A stretch of DNA of 64,000 bases from contig CAXXDQ010000002.1 of the NCBI GenBank assembly GCA_963664325.2, positions 1 through 64,000 of the forward strand, in the 5' to 3' direction. Shown in pieces: positions 55,412-64,000 of this stretch. Within the stretch, counting starts at the first letter, position 1, and each line of letters begins with the position of its first letter. The DNA comes from Desulfomonilia bacterium. GTDB lineage: Bacteria; Desulfobacterota; Desulfomonilia; UBA1062. Below the pieces are notes generated by a model that saw only the letters and a program-made list of their open reading frames with translations, searched no databases and was not told the origin of the DNA. The translations under genes and the position numbers were made by a program.

Positions 55412-56652
55412 TGCTCCTTGTCTATCGCATCCTGATATGGATTGCGCTGGTGCCGATATGTATTTTTGTCCGGAATCACCCGAACTTTAAGAATACGCTT
55501 GTCTCAAGGCTTGGCATTGATATCCCGACGCGGCCTGACGGAGAACTCGTCTGGCTGCACTGTGCCTCTCTCGGTGAGGTAAAGGCGGCAGAACTGCTGA
55601 TCGGGGCCTTGAAAAAAGCAAGGCCGGACCTGCTGATATATGTTTCGTCAATGACTGCAACGGGCCGCGAGGCAGCCATGAAAACACCGGGGGTAGACCA
55701 GGTTTTCCCGGTTCCATTTGACCTTGCACCTGTAATGTGCCGTTTCATGAAACATCTCAAGCCTTCAGTCGTAGCAATAATGGAAACCGAGATATGGCCA
55801 AACCTTCTGGTTGAAGCACATAATAAAAAAATACCGGTAGTATTTATCAATGCACGGATGTCTGAGAAATCAGTCCAAAATTATAAATTTATCAAACCCC
55901 TGACATCAATGATACTGAACAATGCATCCATTCTTGCCATTTCAGATACCGATGCCGACAGGTTTACTTCAATTGGGGCCAGAGGGGTAAAAGTGATTGG
56001 AAACATTAAATTCGATGCTGTCAAGCAGGCTGACGCCTCGAAAAGGGAAGAATTAAAAGCAAGTATAAATGCAACTGGCAGGCCGGTATTTATCGCCGGA
56101 AGCGTAAGGGAAGGGGAGGAAAAATTTGTAGTTGATGCAATTAAATACGCTTCATCGGAAATCCCTGGTCTTATATCAATCATTGTCCCTCGTCATCCGG
56201 ACAGGGTGGGGCTTATGTGCGATATTGCTGAAACTTCAGGCCTGTCGTTTTCTCTCAGAAGCAGCAGGAATCCTTCTGATATAATTATTGTAGATACAAT
56301 GGGAGAGCTCTTCAGCCTTTATGGTGCATCCGATGCAGCCTTTGTCGGAGGGAGTCTTGTGGACCTGGGTGGACAGAACATCCTTGAACCCATTGCATGG
56401 GGAATCCCCACGATTCACGGGCGATATATGTCAAATTTCATCTGGGCCCTCGATGTAGTCGGGCAATGGACAAATAAAGTCGATAACCCGGAGAAACTTG
56501 GGAAGATAGTAACCGAAGTGCTCCGGAATCCTGAAAAGTATGATGCAATGGCAAAAAGAGCCTTAAATGAACTTGCCGGGATTAAGGGCATTTCAATGAA
56601 TTATGCAGAGCATGTTATTGGATTATTCAACGGAAAGCAACAAGTTGCCTGA
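55399..56652 (+). CDS. waaA: Kdo transferase
   Basis: WLHCASLGE, ETEIWPN, NARMS, PRHP, GGQNILEP. Confidence 0.95.
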   Translation: MASLMLLVYRILIWIALVPICIFVRNHPNFKNTLVSRLGIDIPTRPDGELVWLHCASLGEVKAAELLIGALKKARPDLLIYVSSMTATGREAAMKTPGVDQVFPVPFDLAPVMCRFMKHLKPSVVAIMETEIWPNLLVEAHNKKIPVVFINARMSEKSVQNYKFIKPLTSMILNNASILAISDTDADRFTSIGARGVKVIGNIKFDAVKQADASKREELKASINATGRPVFIAGSVREGEEKFVVDAIKYASSEIPGLISIIVPRHPDRVGLMCDIAETSGLSFSLRSSRNPSDIIIVDTMGELFSLYGASDAAFVGGSLVDLGGQNILEPIAWGIPTIHGRYMSNFIWALDVVGQWTNKVDNPEKLGKIVTEVLRNPEKYDAMAKRALNELAGIKGISMNYAEHVIGLFNGKQQVA

Positions 56653-56825
56653 TGATACAAGACCTGATATCTATGAAGAATATTTTGATTCATGAAGTAT
56701 TTTTTAACGGCAAAGGTAATATACTGAACAGTATTGAGAAGAGAGATAAAAAATGAACATGGATCTTCAAGTCACCATGATGGCGGAGCTTTACATATAT
56801 CAATTATGGAAAAGGCAGAATACTG

Positions 56826-57698
56826 ATGATTAAAAAAGGGATAATACTCGCCGGAGGTTCCGGGACAAGGCTTTATCCGATAACCAAGGCTGTCAGCAAG
56901 CAACTTCTTTCCATTTATGATAAACCCATGATTTATTATCCGTTGAGTGTGCTGATGCTCGCAGGGATAAGGGATATCCTAATAATAAATACGCCTCATG
57001 AGCAGGTTCTTTTCAAAAACCTTCTGGGTGACGGCAGCCAGTGGGGAATAAACCTGTCTTATGCTGTTCAGCCAAGCCCTGACGGGATTGCACAGGCATT
57101 CATTATTGGAAGAGATTTTATAAATGGGGATGGATGCGCCCTTGTACTCGGGGATAACATATTCTTCGGTCACGACCTTGTTGCAGGTCTTAAATCCGCT
57201 GTCAGCCAGAAAGATGGCGCAACGGTGTTTGCTTACAGGGTAAGTGATCCCGAACGTTACGGAGTTGTTGATTTTGACGATGAAGGCAATGCGCTGTCTA
57301 TTGAAGAAAAGCCTGAAAGGCCAAAGTCTTATTATGCAGTGACCGGATTGTATTTTTATGATGAGAAGGTTGTCGACCTTGCAATGGGCATGAAGCCCTC
57401 TGCACGTGGGGAATTGGAGATAACCGACCTTAACAGGATGTATCTTGAAAAAGGCCTGCTGAAAGTAGTAACACTGGGAAGGGGTTTTGCCTGGCTGGAT
57501 ACGGGCACCTATGAGTCCCTGCTCCAGGCCTCCAATTTCATCGAAACAATACAGGAAAGACAGGGCTTGATGGTTGCCTGTCCTGAGGAGATTTCTTTCA
57601 GGCAGGGATGGATCAATTCGGAGCACCTGTTAAGGCTTGCCGAACCTCTTAAAAAAAACAGCTATGGCAAATATCTTATTGCAATGTTAAACAACTGA
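56826..57698 (+). CDS. rfbA: Glucose-1-phosphate thymidylyltransferase
   Basis: [35 protein letters not shown]. Confidence 0.97.
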   Translation: MIKKGIILAGGSGTRLYPITKAVSKQLLSIYDKPMIYYPLSVLMLAGIRDILIINTPHEQVLFKNLLGDGSQWGINLSYAVQPSPDGIAQAFIIGRDFINGDGCALVLGDNIFFGHDLVAGLKSAVSQKDGATVFAYRVSDPERYGVVDFDDEGNALSIEEKPERPKSYYAVTGLYFYDEKVVDLAMGMKPSARGELEITDLNRMYLEKGLLKVVTLGRGFAWLDTGTYESLLQASNFIETIQERQGLMVACPEEISFRQGWINSEHLLRLAEPLKKNSYGKYLIAMLNN

Positions 57699-57787
57699 TT
57701 TGACTTGAATGGAATCTTGGTTTAAAAAAATGGAATATAATAAATTGAAATGAAACTTTATTCAGGGGGGAATGATTAGAAATCGGC

Positions 57788-59712
57788 ATGAGAATATTAT
57801 TCAGAAAAAATTTCTACGTTATTTTCGTACTTGATGTTATCCTGTTGATATCAGGTTATTACTTTGCCACATGGCTCAGGTACGAGGGGCATCTTCCTCC
57901 TGAAGTACAAAAGTTATTCTATCATACCGTATTGTCTCTGGTGATAATGAAGATAGCCAGTTTCTTTATATTCGATCTGTATCACGGCATGTGGAGATTT
58001 ACGGGCATCAAAGATTTGATGAATGTAATAAAGGGCTCCCTGCTCGGTTCTCTTATGTTTATTGCATACATAGCTGCAATTTACAGATTTAACAATTTTT
58101 CCAGGTCTGTAATTTTAATAGAGTTCATATTGAGCATAATTACAATCGGCGGGCTGAGATTATTTGTCAGATTATACTATCAGGACGGTTCTGACTTCAT
58201 GGAAAGCCTCATGTTCTGGCGGAAGATAAACAAGATCCGCAAGAGGATTATTATTCTCGGCGCCGGTGAAGTGGGGGAAAGGCTTTTAAGGGCTTTAAAC
58301 CATAATCCGGAACAGCCTTACAATGTTATAGGTTTTGTCGAAGAAGGCCTGGTCAACAAAGGTATGAAGATCCATGGCGTGCCGATTCTCGGCATTGTTT
58401 CAGACCTGCCGCAGTTAATAGATTATTATTCAATTGATTATATTTTTATTGCGGCCCCGAGCATGCGCTCAGAAAAATTGAAAATGCTGATCGAGGAATG
58501 CACTGGCCTGGGGATAAAGTTTAAGGTAATCCCCTCAGTGACTGACTGGCTTAATGATAATGTCAAAATACCATTACGCGATATAAATGTTGAAGACCTT
58601 TTAAAAAGAGACACGGTAAATACTGATATGGCATCAGTAAGACGAAGCCTGGAAGGGGAAAACGGTCATGGTGACCGGGGCAGGAGGTTCTATAGGTTCA
58701 GAGCTGGCAAGACAGATACTGGAATTTAATCCGGAAAAATTAATCCTGCTCGATAATGCTGAAACGCCGTTGTTTGATATTGATAATGAACTTGCAAAAA
58801 AAACAAAGGGGACAAAGGTTATTGCATGCATCGGAGATATAAGAACAAATAGAGGCCTTGAGAGGATTTTCAGGATGCATAAGCCCAACTATGTCTATCA
58901 TGCTGCGGCTTATAAGCATGTTCCCCTGATGGAAATAACGCCTGATGAAGCTGCAAAAAATAATATTATCGGAACATATAAACTCGCAAGCGTGGCCTGC
59001 TCTCATAATGTGGAAAAATTTGTACTGATCTCTACAGATAAAGCGGTTAAGCCGTCTTCGGTAATGGGGGCGACAAAACGGGTTGCAGAAATGGTGGTTC
59101 AGGCCATGAACGGGAAGGGAACATGTTTTACTGTCGTCAGATTCGGCAATGTCCTCGCCAGTAACGGAAGCGTTTGTCCCGACATTTGAAAAGCAGATAG
59201 AGGAAGGCGGTCCTGTTACCGTGACACACCCTGAAGTCACAAGATACTTTATGACTATTCCGGAGGCGGCGATGCTTGTCCTCCAGTCCGGTGCGATCAG
59301 TAAGGGAGGAGAGCTTTTCCTGCTTGATATGGGAGAGCCGGTTAAAATTGTTGATCTGGCGAAAAACATGATAAGGCTTGCAGGTCTCGTTCCGGACAAG
59401 GATATCGAAATAGTGTATACCGGTTTAAGACCGGGAGAAAAGCTGCATGAAGAGCTGCTGATAGCGGGAGAAGGCGTTGTATCGACTGCATACGATAAAA
59501 TAAAGATATGCACTCATAAAAACGGTTTTGATAAAAAAAGGCTCTTTGATCAAATAGAAATTTTGAGCAGGGTGGTTGAAAACGAAACCGATCCCAATAG
59601 AGCGCTTGATATAATTAAGGATCTTGTTCCGGCATACGCCATACAATCAGATCAGTCGGAGAACAATCACATGGACAATGTAGTGGAGCTTAATGCTGCG
59701 AGAAAAGCTTGA
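57788..59712 (+). CDS. Nucleotide-sugar 4,6-dehydratase (CapD/PglF/WbpM type) split by two +1 frameshifts
   Basis: Four TM, then [40 protein letters not shown] across three ORFs; extra G at 58655-58658 and extra T at 59173-59175. Confidence 0.9.
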
Positions 59713-59932
59713 AGTTTACATGACGCTTGTTCTGATGTCTTGAGATTATAGTGGGCTCGGTGGTTTCCCTGATGAAAGAAATTCAAATACCAGACAACAT
59801 ACTCAATAAGAGAACCCGATTTAAAATAATAAACATTGATTAATACTAATTAGAATGTCAAAAAACTAAAGCAATCCCAAGTATAATTGATTCGGACAAA
59901 AGAAAAATTAATTTAGTGCAGGGGAAAACTGA

Positions 59933-60965
59933 ATGAAGACAGCGTTTATTACGGGTATAACGGGGCAGGATGGTTCGTATCTTGCGGAGTTGTTGCTGGG
60001 GAAAGGGGTATCAGGTACATGGATTGATAAGGAGGGCCAGTACCTTCAATACTGATCGGATAGACCATCTTTTTAAAGATTTGCATGACCCTGAAGCCAG
60101 GCTTTTCCTTCATTATGGAGATCTTTCAGTATCAGGGCAGTTAACCGATATGCTGCATAGTATAAGGCCTGATGAAATATATAATCTTGGGGCCCAGAGT
60201 CATGTCAGGGTCAGCTTTGACATGCCCGAATATACCGGGGATATAACCGGCCTTGGAACCTTGAGGATTCTTGAGGCCATCAGGAAGACCGGCATCAAGA
60301 CTAAATTTTACCAGGCTTCGTCATCGGAAATGTTTGGAGCTGCATTGCCTCCGCAGAATGAAAAGACGTTGTTTCAGCCGAGAAGCCCCTATGCCGCAGC
60401 AAAGGTTTATTCGTACTATATCAGTATAAACTATCGTGAGGCTTATAATATGTTTGCCTGTAACGGCATTCTTTTCAATCATGAATCTCCAAGGCGGGGG
60501 GAGACGTTTGTGACGCGCAAAGTCACACGTGCGGCCACCAGAATAAAGATGGGCCTTCAGGACAAGCTCTATCTTGGAAACCTTGATGCAAAGCGCGACT
60601 GGGGATATGCCGGGGATTTTGTTGAGGCTATGTGGCTCATGCTCCAGCATGAAAGGCCTGATGATTATGTGGTTGCCACAGGTGAAACGCATTCGGTAAA
60701 GGAGTTCGTGCAGAGAACCTTTGAGAAGCTGGACCTGGATTATGAAAGGCACGTTGTTATTGATCCGAGGTATTTCAGGCCTTCGGAGGTTGATGTATTG
60801 CTTGGTGATGCGTCCAAAGCAAGGAAGATCCTTAACTGGCGGCCCAAGGTAACTTTCGATAAGCTGATTGATATGATGGTTGAGTTTGACATGGAGGCTG
60901 CGAAGAGGGAGAAGACACTTACCGATGCCGGGTTTGCCTGCAGGAATGAAGGCAGATTGATATAG
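59933..60965 (+). CDS. gmd: GDP-mannose 4,6-dehydratase with a +1 frameshift near 59998-60008
   Basis: [22 protein letters not shown] from 59933 continues as [30 protein letters not shown] in another frame across G runs. Confidence 0.93.
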
Positions 60966-61017
60966 GAAGCATCGTTCGTGTAGATTCAATCATATGTTGA
61001 ATCATTGAGTAGATAAA

Positions 61018-62349
61018 ATGACAGAAGCGGGATTAAGGAAACAGATATCAGCATTGATAGCTGAAATTTACCACTTGCAGGATGAAACAAGCCCATTTAT
61101 TCCCGGTGTGACACCCGTGCGTTATGCCGGCCGGGTTTATGATGAAAAGGAGATGCAGGCTGCAGTTGAGGCATCCCTCGATTTCTGGCTTACCGAAGGC
61201 CGCTTTACCGAAGAATTTCAGAAACAACTTGCAGCAAAGGTCGGTACCAAATATGCAATTCTGACAAATTCCGGTTCATCTGCAAATCTGCTGGCTGTAT
61301 CGGCACTTGCATCGCATCTTCTTGGTGAGAAGCGACTCAGGCCCGGCGATGAAGTTATTACTGTAGCCGCAGGCTTTCCCACTACTCTGAACCCGATTAT
61401 ACAGAATGGCTTTGTCCCTGTGTTTGTAGATGTCGGAATACCCACATACAATGTTATTACCGAACAGATAAGAGAAGCGATCGGTCCTAAAACGAAGGCA
61501 ATCTTCATAGCGCATACATTGGGAAATCCCTTTGATATTGAAGGGGTTTTAAAAATAGTCAAAGAACACGATCTGTTCCTGATTGAGGATTGCTGTGACG
61601 CCCTCTGTTCAAGTTATTCCGTAACGAGTTCTTCGCAAAAAACATCTTTTGTAGGTACGTTCGGTCATATTGCCACATGCAGCTTTTATCCCGCACATCA
61701 CATAACTATGGGTGAAGGCGGGGCTCTGCTGACTTCTGACAAAACTTTTGCACGGATAATCCGTTCATTGAAGGATTGGGGACGCGACTGTTATTGCGGG
61801 CCCGGTCAAAGCAACTGCTGCGGCAGCCGCTATACAAAACAGTTCGGGGAACTTCCCGAAGGGTATGACCATAAGTATGTATATTCACACATTGGATATA
61901 ATTTAAAGGCAACAGACATACAGGCTGCCATTGGAGTCGAACAGCTTAAGAAACTGGACCGTTTCTGTCAGACAAGGCGAGATAATTTCAGATTATGGGT
62001 GAGTGGCTTCGAAAAATTCAAAGACCACTTTATTCTTCCCGAGGCGACACCCAACAGCGATCCGGCCTGGTTTGCATTTCCCGTATCAGTCAAGGAAAAA
62101 ACCAGCTTTTCACGAACGGAATTAACCACTTATTTGAGCGATCATCTGATAGAAACAAGGAACTTGTTTGGCGGGAATCTTTTAAGACAACCCGCATACC
62201 TCAACATCCCGCACAGAAAAATTGGCAATCTGGAGAATACTGATAAAATCATGAACAGCACTTTCTTTTTAGGCACGTTTCCGGGTATTGGAAAAGAGCA
62301 GATCGATTATACAATTAGCATAATCGATAGGTTCATTGGAGCAAGTTAA
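61018..62349 (+). CDS. rfbH: CDP-4-keto-6-deoxyglucose 3-dehydrase (RfbH/DdhC)
   Basis: NSGSSANL, SFYPAHHITMGEGG (His in place of the PLP Lys), DWGRDCYC..NCC. Confidence 0.93.
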   Translation: MTEAGLRKQISALIAEIYHLQDETSPFIPGVTPVRYAGRVYDEKEMQAAVEASLDFWLTEGRFTEEFQKQLAAKVGTKYAILTNSGSSANLLAVSALASHLLGEKRLRPGDEVITVAAGFPTTLNPIIQNGFVPVFVDVGIPTYNVITEQIREAIGPKTKAIFIAHTLGNPFDIEGVLKIVKEHDLFLIEDCCDALCSSYSVTSSSQKTSFVGTFGHIATCSFYPAHHITMGEGGALLTSDKTFARIIRSLKDWGRDCYCGPGQSNCCGSRYTKQFGELPEGYDHKYVYSHIGYNLKATDIQAAIGVEQLKKLDRFCQTRRDNFRLWVSGFEKFKDHFILPEATPNSDPAWFAFPVSVKEKTSFSRTELTTYLSDHLIETRNLFGGNLLRQPAYLNIPHRKIGNLENTDKIMNSTFFLGTFPGIGKEQIDYTISIIDRFIGAS

Positions 62350-62353
62350 GGCT

Positions 62354-63430
62354 ATGCTGAAGGATTTCTTTAAAAACAAGAGAGTTCTGATTACAGGCCA
62401 CACCGGGTTTAAAGGCTCCTGGCTGGCGTTATGGCTCAATGACCTTGGTGCCGAAGTAACCGGACTGGCATTGGAGCCAAACACCGAGCCTTCCCATTTC
62501 AATCTGGTGAAACTCGAAGATTTGATAACCCATGTTAAAGGCGATATAAGGGATATCAGAGCAGTCGAGAAAACATTCAGACAATCGAAACCGGAAATAG
62601 TCTTTCACCTTGCGGCTCAGGCATTGGTGAGGGATTCATACAGTGAGCCCAAAATTACTTTTGACACTAATGTTGGCGGGACCGTAAACGTGCTGGAATC
62701 GGTACGCAATTTTTCTGATGTCAAGGCAGTGATTATTATTACATCTGATAAATGCTATGAAAACAGGGAATGGATCTGGGGATACCGTGAAAATGACCCT
62801 ATGGGAGGTTATGATCCCTACAGCGCCAGCAAGGGGGCTGTTGAAATAATATGTGCTGCGTATCACAGGTCATTTTTCCAGAAGACGAATACCGGTTTTG
62901 CAACAGCGCGGGCGGGAAATGTTATTGGTGGCGGGGACTGGGCAAAGGACCGTATTATCCCGGATTGCGTAAGGGCACTGTCAAGCGGGAATCCCATTGC
63001 CATACGTAATCCCGATGCAGTCCGTCCGTGGCAGCATGTGCTGGACCCTTTGTCCGGATATCTCCTCCTGGCAATGAAGGTCTATAATAATCGGGAAAAG
63101 TTTTCCGGCTCATGGAATTTCGGTCCTGCCGGAAGCGGACAGATAAGAGTAATTGAGCTGGCAGAAAAATTTATCAGAGCCTGGGGCAGCGGCAGGATAG
63201 AGAGACCTGATCCGGAAATAAAAGCTCCCCATGAGGCGCACCTGCTCAGGCTGTGTATTGACAAAGCGGTTCATATCCTCAAGTGGAGGCCGGTGATTGA
63301 CAGCAGAACTGCCGTTGATTGGACAGTTGAGTGGTATAAGGCATGGCATGAAAACAAGGCAAGCATGCAAGATGTATCGCTGGAACAAATAAGAAAATTT
63401 CAAATATTAATTAACGAGGAAGGTTTCTGA
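62354..63430 (+). CDS. rfbG: CDP-glucose 4,6-dehydratase
   Basis: TGHTGFKGSWL, TSDKCY, DPYSASK, RAGNVIGGGDW, RPWQHVL. Confidence 0.95.
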   Translation: MLKDFFKNKRVLITGHTGFKGSWLALWLNDLGAEVTGLALEPNTEPSHFNLVKLEDLITHVKGDIRDIRAVEKTFRQSKPEIVFHLAAQALVRDSYSEPKITFDTNVGGTVNVLESVRNFSDVKAVIIITSDKCYENREWIWGYRENDPMGGYDPYSASKGAVEIICAAYHRSFFQKTNTGFATARAGNVIGGGDWAKDRIIPDCVRALSSGNPIAIRNPDAVRPWQHVLDPLSGYLLLAMKVYNNREKFSGSWNFGPAGSGQIRVIELAEKFIRAWGSGRIERPDPEIKAPHEAHLLRLCIDKAVHILKWRPVIDSRTAVDWTVEWYKAWHENKASMQDVSLEQIRKFQILINEEGF

Positions 63431-64000
63431 TGGCACAAAATATACCTGTTGTAATCCTTTGCGGCGGTATGGGGACGCGCTTGCGTGAGGAAACGGAATA
63501 CAAACCCAAGCCCATGGTCGAAATTGGCGGCAGGCCGGTTTTATGGCATATAATGAAAATCTATGCCCACTATGGATTCACCGAATTCATTCTGTGCCTT
63601 GGGTATAAAGGCAATGTCATCAAGGAATATTTTCTCAACTATGAAATGATGTGCAATGACTGCACGGTTCAGCTTGGCAAAGGCAGCAAGATAACTTTTC
63701 AAAATGACCATCAGGAACAGGATTTCAAAATCACCCTGGTTGATACGGGTCTGCATACAATGACCGGCGGAAGGATCAAACGCATAGAACCTTATATCAA
63801 GGCCGATACATTCATGGCCACATACGGTGACGGGCTTGCTGATATTAATATAACAAAGCTGCTTGAATTTCACAAATCGCATGGGAAGACGGCAACCCTT
63901 ACTGCAACCCGTGCACCTTCGCGTTATGGAATACTCGATATGAATGAAGATGGACATGTAAAGAGCTTCAGGGAAAAAGTCGAGACTGAATGGATTAACG
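63430..64000 (+). CDS. rfbF: Glucose-1-phosphate cytidylyltransferase (runs off the window end)
   Basis: ATG at 63430: MAQNIPVVILCGGMGTRLREETEYKPKPMVEIG..TMTGGRIKR..TYGDG. Confidence 0.93.
   Translation, partial: MAQNIPVVILCGGMGTRLREETEYKPKPMVEIGGRPVLWHIMKIYAHYGFTEFILCLGYKGNVIKEYFLNYEMMCNDCTVQLGKGSKITFQNDHQEQDFKITLVDTGLHTMTGGRIKRIEPYIKADTFMATYGDGLADINITKLLEFHKSHGKTATLTATRAPSRYGILDMNEDGHVKSFREKVETEWIN

Noticed and set aside
57788-60965. Programmed frameshifting or phase variation in the capD-like gene and gmd
   Set aside because: The runs are only 3-4 nt and all errors are +1; a sequencing artefact is simpler.
56979-63957. Long minus-strand ORFs (56979-57626, 58740-59513, 60321-60989, 63541-63957)
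   Set aside because: Antisense shadows of well-supported sugar-pathway genes.

Overview
Bacterial chromosomal window; the gene content (sigma54 systems, tungsten-type AOR, CFI-box sorting tail, Geobacter-like flagellar neighbourhood) suggests an anaerobic deltaproteobacterium (Desulfobacterota-like; inference only). Left part: two secreted proteins and a GC-rich three-gene operon encoding a ParA ATPase fused to a glycogen-binding CBM48 domain, a catalytically degenerate MinD/FlhG-like protein with a ParB-type LGRGL peptide, and an unknown protein. Next is a ~13 kb island bounded by tRNA-Leu(CAA) (20313-20400) and an exact 61-bp duplication of its 3' part (7365-7425). It has no visible integrase and carries an AT-rich, defence-like cassette (SIR2-TPR, divergent from HIT - APH-type kinase - ATP-grasp-like - SAMHD1-like HD - ImmA/IrrE peptidase), a lipoprotein::HsdS chimera and a PKD/beta-propeller lipoprotein. 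The core region holds an acyl-CoA dehydrogenase with hypAB, a reduced flagellum-derived cluster (sigma54 activator, TPR protein, natural FliF-FliG fusion, MotE-like), housekeeping genes, btuFCD-like genes, an isolated flgM with a sigma28 promoter, an oxidoreductase/AOR cluster, a two-component system, kdsB-waaA and the start of an O-antigen cluster. Four +1 frameshifts in short homopolymers look like sequencing errors. Best candidates for undescribed systems: the island nucleotide-processing/SIR2 cassette, the FliF-FliG fusion module and the ParA-CBM48 operon. All calls are from motif recognition by eye; no database search was run.
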